Virus record (IMG/VR): IMGVR_UViG_3300040985_000229 | Coordinates: 1-39,538 of that record | DNA length: 39,538 nucleotides | Strand: one strand, 5' to 3' | Origin: a virus | Taxonomy: Duplodnaviria; Caudoviricetes | Part shown: one piece after another, positions 1 to 9,400 of the stretch | How the letters are laid out: each line of letters opens with the position of its first letter | Position numbering within the stretch: position 1 is the first letter of the stretch | Notes under the pieces: model-generated | What the model was told of the DNA's origin: nothing | Seen by the model: the letters and a program-made list of their open reading frames with translations, nothing else | Database searches by the model: none | Position numbers and translations under genes: made by a program

Positions 1-27
1 AAATTGGACGACGATATCCCATTTTAA
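1..27 (+). CDS. 3' end of upstream gene, probable single-stranded DNA-binding protein (partial)
   Basis: Frame 1 reads KLDDDIPF*; DDDIPF is the canonical bacterial SSB C-terminal tail; lies directly upstream of the primase. Confidence 0.65.
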   Translation, partial: KLDDDIPF

Positions 28-37
28 TCTTTCTCAT

Positions 38-61
38 AGAGGGTGGTTAACGCCACCCTCT
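38..61 (+). terminator. Stem-loop between SSB-like gene and primase (weak terminator or mRNA-stabilising hairpin)
   Basis: AGAGGGTGG (38-46) pairs perfectly with CCACCCTCT (53-61); only a poor U-tract (TAACTTT) follows. Confidence 0.5.
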
Positions 62-81
62 TAACTTTACTGGAGCCAAGC

Positions 82-1617
82 ATGTCACTAGCTAAGAGGA
101 TGCTTGCGGCCTTTGAAGGTTCGAAAGTTGCACACGGAACAACAACAGTTGGACGAATGGGTCGTAATGGTAAGGCAGATGCTGACAGTAGAATAGTCAG
201 AGAGCCTCTTACCGTTGAAAAAATGAAGAGCCACATTGAGGGTGGCCAGGGCATAGGTGCAATTCCCATTAATGCAGACAACAAATGCAAGTGGGGTGCG
301 TTGGATGTCGATATCTATGACTTGGATCATGCGGCCTTACAGGCTCGTATTAAAAAACTAAACCTACCTTTGTTGCATTGCAGGTCGAAGTCTGGCGGTG
401 CTCATCTGTACTTGTTCATTGATGCGTATGAGCAGGCAAAGGTGGTGCGAGAATATTTATTGGAAATGGCTGTTGCCTTGGGGCACAGTGGTTGTGAGAT
501 TTTTCCCAAACAAGATCAGATCCTGTCTGACCGGGGTGACGTTGGAAACTTTTTAAACCTTCCGTATCACAATGCGGAAATTCCTCAACGATACTGTTAC
601 AATGAGAAAGTGGAGTCCATCGAGTTGAAAGATTTTCTTGATCTTATCGACAAGAAAAGATGCAGCATCCATGAGTTGGAGACGTATCGAACAGCGAAGA
701 AGCGTAAACATTTTAAGGATGGGCCGCCTTGTCTTCAGCATTTGTTTTCCGATGGGCCTACTGCTGAAGATCGAAACAAGAAACTGTTTATGGTTGGCGT
801 GTATTGTCGTCTCAAGTTTGGGGATGACTGGAAAGCAGAGATGGAGACGTTTAACCAACAATTGTTTTCTACACCTCTTGACGCCAAGGAAGTGTTGGCC
901 TTGCAAAAAAGCTTGGAAAAGAAAGAGTACTTTTACACCTGTGATCAGGAGCCTTTTAGAAGTTACTGTGACAAAGAGCTATGCTCCACGATGAAGTTTG
1001 GGATTGGTGACAGTGCCATTGAAATACCTGACATGGGTAATTTGCAGATAATTCTGTCAGAGCCACGGCTGTATTTTCTCACGATAGCAGGGCACAGGAT
1101 CCAACTGAACACTGAGCAACTGCAAAATCAGACGTTGTTCCAACGTGCGTGTATAGAGCAAGCAAGTATCGCACCGCCCCAAGTTCGACCTGCGAAGTGG
1201 ACGAGCCTGTTGCAGGTATGGTTAAACGAGGGCACCAAACAAGAGGTTCCTGAAGAGTTGACAATTACTGGGGAGTTTAAGGCTTTGCTTAAAGAATACT
1301 GCACGAGTAGGATAAGAGCCATACACCCGGAAGAAATGTTAAGCGGCAAGCCATACACGACTAATGAAAACATTACGATGTTTACGATGTCTGGGTTGAT
1401 GGAGTTTTTATTAAACCGAAAGTTCAACTCTTTCACCAGAGCGCAGATAGGTGATCAGTTGAAGAAGTTGAATGGAAACAAAGAGTGTCATGGGCACAAG
1501 AGTATCATGAGAGAAGATGGAACAAGGTCCACGACTAGGGTCTGGTGGGTTCCTTCTTTTGATCTTCATGAAGTAACACTGCCAGTACAGGAGATAAATG
1601 ATGACATCCCCTTCTAA
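82..1617 (+). CDS. Archaeo-eukaryotic-type primase (AEP, TOTE-primase-like) with PriL-like Cys domain
   Basis: Motif I WGALDVD, motif II SKSGGAHLYLF, motif III FPKQ...GNFLNLP; PPC...YTC...YC...LC; ATG 82 preferred over GTG 43 because GGAG lies at 72-75. Confidence 0.85.
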   Translation: MSLAKRMLAAFEGSKVAHGTTTVGRMGRNGKADADSRIVREPLTVEKMKSHIEGGQGIGAIPINADNKCKWGALDVDIYDLDHAALQARIKKLNLPLLHCRSKSGGAHLYLFIDAYEQAKVVREYLLEMAVALGHSGCEIFPKQDQILSDRGDVGNFLNLPYHNAEIPQRYCYNEKVESIELKDFLDLIDKKRCSIHELETYRTAKKRKHFKDGPPCLQHLFSDGPTAEDRNKKLFMVGVYCRLKFGDDWKAEMETFNQQLFSTPLDAKEVLALQKSLEKKEYFYTCDQEPFRSYCDKELCSTMKFGIGDSAIEIPDMGNLQIILSEPRLYFLTIAGHRIQLNTEQLQNQTLFQRACIEQASIAPPQVRPAKWTSLLQVWLNEGTKQEVPEELTITGEFKALLKEYCTSRIRAIHPEEMLSGKPYTTNENITMFTMSGLMEFLLNRKFNSFTRAQIGDQLKKLNGNKECHGHKSIMREDGTRSTTRVWWVPSFDLHEVTLPVQEINDDIPF

Positions 1618-1810
1618 GATGTTAAAGGCGAAGGACGTTTCAGATTGGCTTGGAGTCTCTGAGTCCGCCATCTACAAATGGGTGGGAGATGGTAATTTTC
1701 CCAAGCCCTATAAGCTTGGTGACGGAGAAGCGAAACGGTCTGCCAGTCGTTGGAGCTATGAAGATATAGAAAAATGGTTGGAGAAGCGGAGAAGCGGAGA
1801 AGCGTCATGA
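1598..1810 (+). CDS. alpA: AlpA/excisionase-family winged-helix DNA-binding protein
   Basis: MLKAKDVSDWLGVSESAIYKWVGDGNFPKPYKLG...SRWSYEDIEKW matches the AlpA pattern; SD AGGAG upstream. Confidence 0.85.
   Translation: MMTSPSKMLKAKDVSDWLGVSESAIYKWVGDGNFPKPYKLGDGEAKRSASRWSYEDIEKWLEKRRSGEAS
1780..1804 (+). repeat. Perfect tandem repeat (GGAGAAGC)x3 + G
   Basis: Copies at 1780-1787, 1788-1795 and 1796-1803. Confidence 0.95.
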
Positions 1811-2418
1811 GCAATGAAGACTTTAACCTCAAGATAACTGTTCGCAATGGGCGTCTGTTGAAAGCCATACGAGAAAGATACGAGTCTGTTTCCGATCTAG
1901 CGAGGAAAATAAATAGAAACCCATCAGGTGTAAACAGTCTTGTTACTATGAGGCAGGCTCCGACTAACCAACATGGCTGGACAGACCTAGCTTTGGATGT
2001 TTCTGCGATGGTTGGAAAAGATCCAGAAGATCTTTGGCCGGAGCACATGCGTGAGATCAAGTTAAAGAAATCGTCTGCCGAGGTGTCTTTAGATTTAGAC
2101 AGTGTAAAGAATATCTTGTCTAACGGTTCTGTGGAGAAAAACTTGTCTCAAATAACCGCACTTAAAGAGTTATCAGAACGCCTTACACCACGGGAAAAAG
2201 AGGTACTCAATCGCAGGTTTCACGAGAAGCAAAGCCTCGGAGAGGTAGCCAAGGTCTTTAATGTAACAAGAGAGCGCGTGCGTCATATAGAGGCGAAGGC
2301 GCTGCGAAGGATGCGGATGAGAGCCTTACAGTTGGGTTACAGCGCGGATGATCGGAGCGAATATTATGCGTGGCAGTTCTCGGCAGGGCAAAAAGCCAGA
2401 GATTTATTGGATGATTAA
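1807..2418 (+). CDS. N-terminal HTH (XRE-like) fused to a sigma70 region-4 domain
   Basis: SVSDLARKINRNPSGVN...VGKDPEDLW in the N-half; LTPREKEVLNRRF...SLGEVAKVFNVTRERVRHIEAKALRRMR resembles RpoD 4.1/4.2; ATG 1807 in ATGA overlap with the alpA stop. Confidence 0.8.
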   Translation: MSNEDFNLKITVRNGRLLKAIRERYESVSDLARKINRNPSGVNSLVTMRQAPTNQHGWTDLALDVSAMVGKDPEDLWPEHMREIKLKKSSAEVSLDLDSVKNILSNGSVEKNLSQITALKELSERLTPREKEVLNRRFHEKQSLGEVAKVFNVTRERVRHIEAKALRRMRMRALQLGYSADDRSEYYAWQFSAGQKARDLLDD

Positions 2419-3945
2419 ATGATACCTAATGCTACTTTGATCCTTGGCCCACCTGGCTGCGGCAAGACGTACACTTTGATCGAGCGGGTTGAGGCCAAGC
2501 TGCAAGAGGGTGTACATCCTTCACGAATTGGGGTGGTGTCTTTTACCACCAAGGCTATCGGTGAGTTTTTGTCTCGATCTTGCGCGAAGTTTGATTTAAC
2601 CCAGAGTGACTTCCCTCATTTCAGGACGCTTCACGCGACAGGGTATCATGCTCTGGGGTTGCAGTCTCAGGACGTAATGAGTGGCGCAGATTGGAGCCGT
2701 ATGGGGGAAATTCTGGGCGTAGACTTTGAGGGCAAAGATACTACTTCTATGCAAGATGGGATTGCTATTCCTGCTATGGGTGGATCGGGGGCAAAGTATC
2801 AAGAACTTATTATGAAATCCGTATATCGAATGTCTACATTAGATTATGAATATAACTACGAGGCAGATTATAACCTAAGTTACGAAAAGTTAGTTCAGAT
2901 TGAGGGTCAATTAATCGAGTACAAGAGCAAACGTAACAAGTTTGACTTCAGTGACATGATCTCAAAGTATATTGATATTGCTGATCCACCTTATCTTGAT
3001 CTTTTAATTGTGGATGAAGCGCAGGATCTGACGCCATTGCAGTGGCGTATGGTGGAAAAGATGGCCTCCCAAGCGGACGAAGTTTTGATTGCAGGGGACG
3101 ATGATCAGGCTATCCACCGTTGGACTTCTGTGGACGTGCGTGAGTTCATTAATTGCTCAGATAAGGTTGAGGTACTAAACAAGTCCTATAGGCTCCCACG
3201 AAGCGTCTGGGAGCTAGCTATGAGCATTTCTGCACGTATACCTGGGCGATTGGAGAAAGAGTTCTTCCCTAGAGAAGCTGAAGGAAGCGTACACATAGCG
3301 GGAAGTCTTTGGCACCTGCCCTTGGACAAAGGTTCATGGACTATTATGGCACGTATTAATGGATTTGTTAATGACATAGCCAGGCAGCTAGAGAGCATGG
3401 GACATTTCTATAGTCGGAAGGGTCGGCTTCCGATTAAGGAAGGCAAAATTACAGCGATGCGTGTTTGGAAAGATGTGACAACTAAAGGGGCATATGTCGG
3501 GGAAGTCCGAAAGATGTATGAAGCAGTTCCAAAGATGGGGACGAATGCGGTTGTCAAGCGCGGTTCGATAAAGCTTCTTGATGCTGCCGGGTCAGAGGAA
3601 CTGTTGACATGGGAGGCTTTGGTCAAAGACTTTGGGCTACTGGCGGATATAAACACTGATCCAATGGATATCGTAAAGCTTTCAGAAGAAGAAAAATTGT
3701 ACATACGCTCCATCGAGAGAAGGGGGGAAAGTATTTATCGTGAACCTCGCATCAAACTATCCACTATTCATGCAATGAAGGGCGGAGAGGATGACAATGT
3801 TGCGGTGTACTTGGGTTCCACAAAGAATTGCGTTGAGGGGAAGCACCCAGAAGACGAGCACCGGGTGTTTTATGTGGCTGTAACCAGAGCCAAGGAACGA
3901 CTCTACCTTATAGAGTCAGATAAAAGTTATAGGTATAAAATATGA
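2419..3945 (+). CDS. Superfamily 1 (UvrD/Rep-like) DNA helicase
   Basis: GPPGCGKT, DEAQDL, GDDDQAI, SYRLP, STIHAMKGGE, RVFYVAVTRAKERL. Confidence 0.93.
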   Translation: MIPNATLILGPPGCGKTYTLIERVEAKLQEGVHPSRIGVVSFTTKAIGEFLSRSCAKFDLTQSDFPHFRTLHATGYHALGLQSQDVMSGADWSRMGEILGVDFEGKDTTSMQDGIAIPAMGGSGAKYQELIMKSVYRMSTLDYEYNYEADYNLSYEKLVQIEGQLIEYKSKRNKFDFSDMISKYIDIADPPYLDLLIVDEAQDLTPLQWRMVEKMASQADEVLIAGDDDQAIHRWTSVDVREFINCSDKVEVLNKSYRLPRSVWELAMSISARIPGRLEKEFFPREAEGSVHIAGSLWHLPLDKGSWTIMARINGFVNDIARQLESMGHFYSRKGRLPIKEGKITAMRVWKDVTTKGAYVGEVRKMYEAVPKMGTNAVVKRGSIKLLDAAGSEELLTWEALVKDFGLLADINTDPMDIVKLSEEEKLYIRSIERRGESIYREPRIKLSTIHAMKGGEDDNVAVYLGSTKNCVEGKHPEDEHRVFYVAVTRAKERLYLIESDKSYRYKI

Positions 3946-4283
3946 AAAGAGATAAGGTTTTAGCTGACGCCAAGAAAACGATTAATGGTCAGAGAGCTAA
4001 GGATTATGGAGACGCTTACGAAAATTTTACTCGTATTGCTGATGGATGGAATCTCATAATTAAAGAGGCTCAATGCACTAACGGTTATGTTACGCCGCAG
4101 CATGTGGCTTTGATGATGGACTGGGTCAAAACGGCCCGGTTGTTGAACGATCTTTCCCACGAAGATTCGTGGGTAGACAAGTGCGGTTATTCGGCATTGG
4201 GTTCAGAATGCGGCACTAAAGAATCTGAAGTACAAGCAAGACTAGATGTCTGGCTGAACAGAACAAAAACAAAGGAAGAATAA
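3942..4283 (+). CDS. Conserved phage protein, DUF6378-like
   Basis: INGQRAKDYGDAYENFTRIA..W...HVALMM..VKTAR...DSWVDKCGYSAL pattern; ATGA-coupled to the helicase. Confidence 0.75.
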   Translation: MKRDKVLADAKKTINGQRAKDYGDAYENFTRIADGWNLIIKEAQCTNGYVTPQHVALMMDWVKTARLLNDLSHEDSWVDKCGYSALGSECGTKESEVQARLDVWLNRTKTKEE

Positions 4284-6191
4284 TTGTCCCAGTTTGAAAT
4301 GTTTGAAAAGGATGTGGTCATCGCAAATCAAATGAATGAACCCCGACAGTTAACTTGGAACATGCCGTCAGAGTTTCCTGACCTGACCCACCATAAGCAG
4401 ATTGCGGTGGATCTTGAAACATGTGATCCTAATCTCAAGACTCTAGGCCCAGGGTGGGTTCGCAAGGACGGATACATTGTAGGCATTGCAGTAGCCGCAG
4501 GAGACTGGGAAGGGTATTTTCCTATACGACACTCCAACGGGCACAATATGGACACTAGGATCGCCTTAAAATGGCTCCAGAAGCTAATGGCTACGCCCCA
4601 TATAGATAAGATTATGCACAATGCCACGTATGACCTAGGTTGGATGAGGGCAGAAGGGGTAGAAGTTCAAGGTCGTGTGATAGACACGATGATTACAGGC
4701 GCGATAGTTAATGAGAACCGATACTCTTACAGTCTTAACAACCTCGGCAAGGATTATCTGGACGAAAAAAAGGATGAAAAGCTTTTAAGAGTTGCCGCTG
4801 CGGAGTGGGGACTAGACCCCAAAGCAGAAATGTACGTGTTACCGCCTGAGTTTGTGGGACGATACGCCGAACAGGATGCAGGTATGACCCTGCGGTTGTG
4901 GGAACGTCTGAAGATCGAGTTAGATAAACAGGATCTGTGGAACATATGGGATCTGGAAACAAGCCTTATCCCCATGATGCTAAACATGCGCCAACTTGGA
5001 GTTAGGGTTGATCTGGACAAAGCAGAAAAAGCTAAAGAATATTTTAAGGTCAAGAGTAAAGAACTGCACTCAGAAATCCACCGTCAAACAGGGATCAAGA
5101 TAGAGCCGTGGGCAGCCTCTTCAGTGGCAGGTGTATTTGATAGACTAGAATTGATCTACCCAAAGACCGAAGCAGGGAAACCCTCGTTTACCAAGCAGTA
5201 TCTCAACTCCCATGCCCATCCAGTAGCACAGATGATTGTGCGGTTGCGAGAGTTTGACAAGGCGGACAGTACTTTTATTGACACAATCATAAAACATGAG
5301 CATCAAGGCAAAATTCATTGTGAGTTTCACCAACTACGAAATGACGGCGGTGGTACTGTTACTGGGCGATTTTCATCTTCCAACCCAAATTTGCAGCAAA
5401 TTCCTTCCAGAGTTCCAGAAATTAAAAAGTTAATTAGGGGTCTGTTTATCCCAGAAGAAGGAACCCGGTGGGGATCGTTTGACTATTCCAGTCAGGAGCC
5501 AAGACTTTTGGTTCATTTTGCTGCCAGTTTAAATGACGGACTTAGGCATCCTATGGTGGATAAGATTGTGGAACAATACCACACCAGTGACGTGGATCTG
5601 CACCAGATGACGGCGGACATCGCCGGGATAAAAAGAAAAGAAGCCAAGGTGGTTAACCTAGGCATTATGTATGGCATGGGAAAGGCGAAGCTTGGGGATC
5701 AGCTAGGGATTTCTGTAGAGGAAGCGGGAGAGTTATTGATGTTGCATCGGGAAAAAGTTCCCTTTGTAAAAGACTTGGCTGACTTGGCTTCCAAACAGGC
5801 GGAGAAGCATGGTCAGATCAGAACACTATTGGGACGGCGGTGTAGGTTTGACATGTGGCAACCAAGAACCTTTGGATTTAAAAAACCTTTGCCATATGAG
5901 CAAGCTTTGAAAGAATATGGTCAGCCATTAAAAAGATCGTTTACTTACAAAGCCTTAAACAAATTAATCCAAGGTTCCGCTGCGGATCAAACGAAGAAAG
6001 CTATGGCTGACTGCTACTCAGAGGGACTTTTACCTATGCTCACCGTACATGATGAGCTATGCTTTTCAGTAGAGAGTGACGATCAAGCGCAGCGCATCAA
6101 GGACATAATGGAAAATGGGTTGTCGGATGTCTTGAAAGTCCCTTCGAAAGTAGACGATGAACTCAAGAGTAATTGGGGAGAGATCGAGTAG
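4284..6191 (+). CDS. polA: Family A DNA polymerase (3'-5' exonuclease + polymerase, no 5'-3' exonuclease)
   Basis: ExoI DLET, ExoII HNATYD, ExoIII YAEQDA; TGRFSSSNPNLQQIP; motif A DYSSQEPR, motif B KEAKVVNLGIMYGMG, motif C VHDEL; start TTG 4284 or ATG 4299. Confidence 0.96.
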   Translation: MSQFEMFEKDVVIANQMNEPRQLTWNMPSEFPDLTHHKQIAVDLETCDPNLKTLGPGWVRKDGYIVGIAVAAGDWEGYFPIRHSNGHNMDTRIALKWLQKLMATPHIDKIMHNATYDLGWMRAEGVEVQGRVIDTMITGAIVNENRYSYSLNNLGKDYLDEKKDEKLLRVAAAEWGLDPKAEMYVLPPEFVGRYAEQDAGMTLRLWERLKIELDKQDLWNIWDLETSLIPMMLNMRQLGVRVDLDKAEKAKEYFKVKSKELHSEIHRQTGIKIEPWAASSVAGVFDRLELIYPKTEAGKPSFTKQYLNSHAHPVAQMIVRLREFDKADSTFIDTIIKHEHQGKIHCEFHQLRNDGGGTVTGRFSSSNPNLQQIPSRVPEIKKLIRGLFIPEEGTRWGSFDYSSQEPRLLVHFAASLNDGLRHPMVDKIVEQYHTSDVDLHQMTADIAGIKRKEAKVVNLGIMYGMGKAKLGDQLGISVEEAGELLMLHREKVPFVKDLADLASKQAEKHGQIRTLLGRRCRFDMWQPRTFGFKKPLPYEQALKEYGQPLKRSFTYKALNKLIQGSAADQTKKAMADCYSEGLLPMLTVHDELCFSVESDDQAQRIKDIMENGLSDVLKVPSKVDDELKSNWGEIE

Positions 6192-6415
6192 TGATAGGAA
6201 ACAACTTTAAGTCCATTGGCCTGCGAGATATGCATCCTATGCAGATAGATGCGTTAATGCAGGTGCTTGGGACAACGGTAGAGCTAGCCACTCTTACGGA
6301 TGATACGGACGTTATCTCTGTCGTTGAGCATCAATGTGATGAACTGATCAAACTATTTGGCGGCATTGGTGTTAAGTTAGACGTAGAAGAACATTTTAAA
6401 AACCACATGGGTTAG
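6191..6415 (+). CDS. Hypothetical protein (~74 aa)
   Basis: GTG 6191 overlaps the polA stop and follows GGGGAGAG; last gene of the plus arm. Confidence 0.65.
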   Translation: MIGNNFKSIGLRDMHPMQIDALMQVLGTTVELATLTDDTDVISVVEHQCDELIKLFGGIGVKLDVEEHFKNHMG

Positions 6416-9400
6416 CGGTCTGGATACAACGTCTGTTCTTTAAATTGTTCTTGAATAGCACGAAGTCTTGGTCGTACTTCTTTGTAAGCGTCATAAATAC
6501 CAACTTCCCGCATGTCTTTTATGTTCTTTTTAGACACATCAAACGGTTTAAATCGTCCTCTCATTAACTCCTTATACCCGCCGATGTTTTCCTTTTTGAA
6601 GATTTTGCGGATATCCGAATCTCTTAGCCCCATAGTCCGAAGATCCTCGATCACCTGAAGAAACTCTTTATCGGTACGGTGCTTCATCTCATTGGCTTTT
6701 ATGAAGGCATTTTCAAGCTGCTTGGGGCCTGCGTTGTAGTTGTCTGCAACCCGGTTAAACTCACTCTTAGCAGCAGTCTGCGCCTGCGTTAAACGGAAGC
6801 CTGCGAATGCGGCGGACTGCGCGGGATCAAATGTTTGAGTAGAAATGCCAAGAAGTTGTCTAGCTATTTCTTCTTGGAAGTTACGTTCCCGTCCCATTTT
6901 ATCTACGTTGCTTATCATCCCGTCTTCGGAACCCATGACGCCACGTAAGAACCGACTAGGCTCCACGTTTCCGCCAGAAATATTCACGGGAATTAGGTTT
7001 GGTAGGAGCGTGTCCCCAACATGTACCAAGGAGGAAAAGAATCTGTCCCCAACAGAAGATCCTTCTTCCTTGGGAGTAAAGACCTTGGCTCCAGTAGAAG
7101 TTTGACCTCGACGGATAGAGACATCTAAAATCGCCTCAGTAAACATAGCCTCTGACATAAATGGCGCAACAATTTCATATGCACTTGCAAAAGCAACGTC
7201 TTCTAATGTTTCAGTAGGAGACTTGCCCTGCTTAATGGCGTCATCTGCTTCATTAATCATTCGATTAGCGAACCTAGTCAGAGTGTCATATGGGTTAGAT
7301 GTACTAAAGTTTATGTACTCAATCTTGCCGTCTTCGGTTTTACCTAAAGGAATTAAAATAGACCCTTTCTCCCACGGCGGAGCAAAAGACCTTTTGTATG
7401 CGTCCATTTCTTCTCTGCTAACGCCTGAAATTGCATAGCCCATTTCTAGCGCAGCGGCGGGAATAACCGTAGTGGTAGCCACAAAGGAAAGAAGTCGGTT
7501 TCTCCCACGGCTTCTAATAGCAGGGATATCCGAAGCCATGTCATCTAGCCCCTGCCTTACAATGTTTACGCCCGTTCTCATAATTTCCGCAGGGAAAGAA
7601 ATGAAGTTTCCAAGAGGAAGCTTTCGACCAAATCCAATAGCGTCTGATCCTGCCTTGTTATAGTTGGGAACGGTGTCACGCACGATCTGTGCGGCACGGT
7701 TCTTGATTAGTTCCTCAACCATATCATTATCAGGCATTCTTATGCCCATTGTTCTTAAAGTATTAGGATCAAGATCTTCTGCTCTACGTAAGTTATTAAA
7801 GGCTTCCGCATACTCCACATTTTGTAGCAAGCCCCCTGGGCCGTCTAACCTAGAGATGTTGTTAACAGGTTGCTTTAAAAGATAGGAAAGTTTTTGCTCT
7901 GTTGTTGCTCCTTCCAACGCTTTTCTCAGTTTGGCCTGTTCAGCGTTGTAGTTAAAATACTTCCAGAAATCGTCTGATCCTTGGTAAATGTCCTCAAAAA
8001 CCTTGGCACCCTTTCCGATTGCACCCACTCCTTTCGCAATCTTTTCTCCTGCGAGGGCTTCAAATCCAGAACGTGGAGTTCGTGCGGTTATGCCAAGTCC
8101 TTTTTGTAGACTGTCCTGTATTTCTCTAAGTTCTGCGGAAGTCCCTAGAACCCCTCTTCGTTGTGCGTCTGCAAGATCCCGGTAGATAGCGTCCGCAGAA
8201 GTCTCCGCAGTCCGTCCGATGCCTAGCAACTTATTGCCTACAAACTTACCCGCCGTGCTTGTGGGGTCTGCTGATGCGATATTAGAAAACACAAGTCTAG
8301 CAGAGTCACTGAGAGAACCTCCTCTTCCCACCACAGGAACATTCCCATTGGCGAGTGCAAACGCCACGGCAGTTGTAAAGTTCCGTATCTGAGTAATAGG
8401 AGACAGAACCGTTTTTGAGTATTGAGAAACAGCCTTCCCTTTAAGAAACACGCCAAACGTCCCCCGCAGCAACGTGGCCCCAAAGGAGCCTTCTGCCAAT
8501 ACCTGATTGGTAAGGTTTCTGTAAACTTCACGAGGCACATAATAGCCGTCTAATGCTCCCCACCCAGATTGGTCTAATGCTTTCGCTGTTTGTGCATCTT
8601 CCGGGGACAACTCTCCCATTACTCGTACATTGCTGCTGCCGCCTTCTCCTCCAAGCTTAACGTATCCCAAGTCGTCTACGAGATGTCGTTTCTGCGCTTT
8701 AGTTAGATTTGCGCCATTCCTGAACAGCTTTCCAATGCCAGAATTATTTTGCGCCAGTTTTGCTACTGTTCCGTAGTAATCATCTATGGCGCTAAACTGC
8801 GCCAAGTCCGCAACGGTTGCTAGGTATGCTTCTCGTGGGTCATCGACCTCTCCCAGTAGCGCCCGGAGTGTCTTAGGGATCTGGTCTTTGTTCATAAACA
8901 TGCCCGTATCCAGACGGTGGGTAGCCATAAACCCGCCGTTTAACTTCTTCCGTGCACGAATAGAATTTTTCCGCAAGAAACCGTCTCTTGCAAGCGCAGC
9001 AGCAGGGTCGGATACGTTTCCGATAACTTTTACTTTATCCCCACGTATCTCCAAACCGTTTGTTCGAAGAAAGGCTTCATCAAACGTGTTGTCTACATCC
9101 TTCTGGAATAGCTCGGTTAGCTCTTTTTCTGTAGCGGTTTTGTTTGCTCTAAAATAGTTTTTTGCAGCGGTTAAAGATTCTGCTGTAGGTTTGTACTTTG
9201 CGTTCTCATGGATCTTATACCTACGCCGCATGTAACTGTTTATGTTTTGCTCGATGACATCCGCAATTCTTTGACCATTCGGAAGTGTATAGCCTTCTCT
9301 CTGGAGAAAGTTGCTGTTCAGAACCTTCTGACTTAACTCCGTCATATGACTCCGCATCTTTCTAACGGGTGCGTGAAGGCTTCTCGGTAATTCGCCTAGC

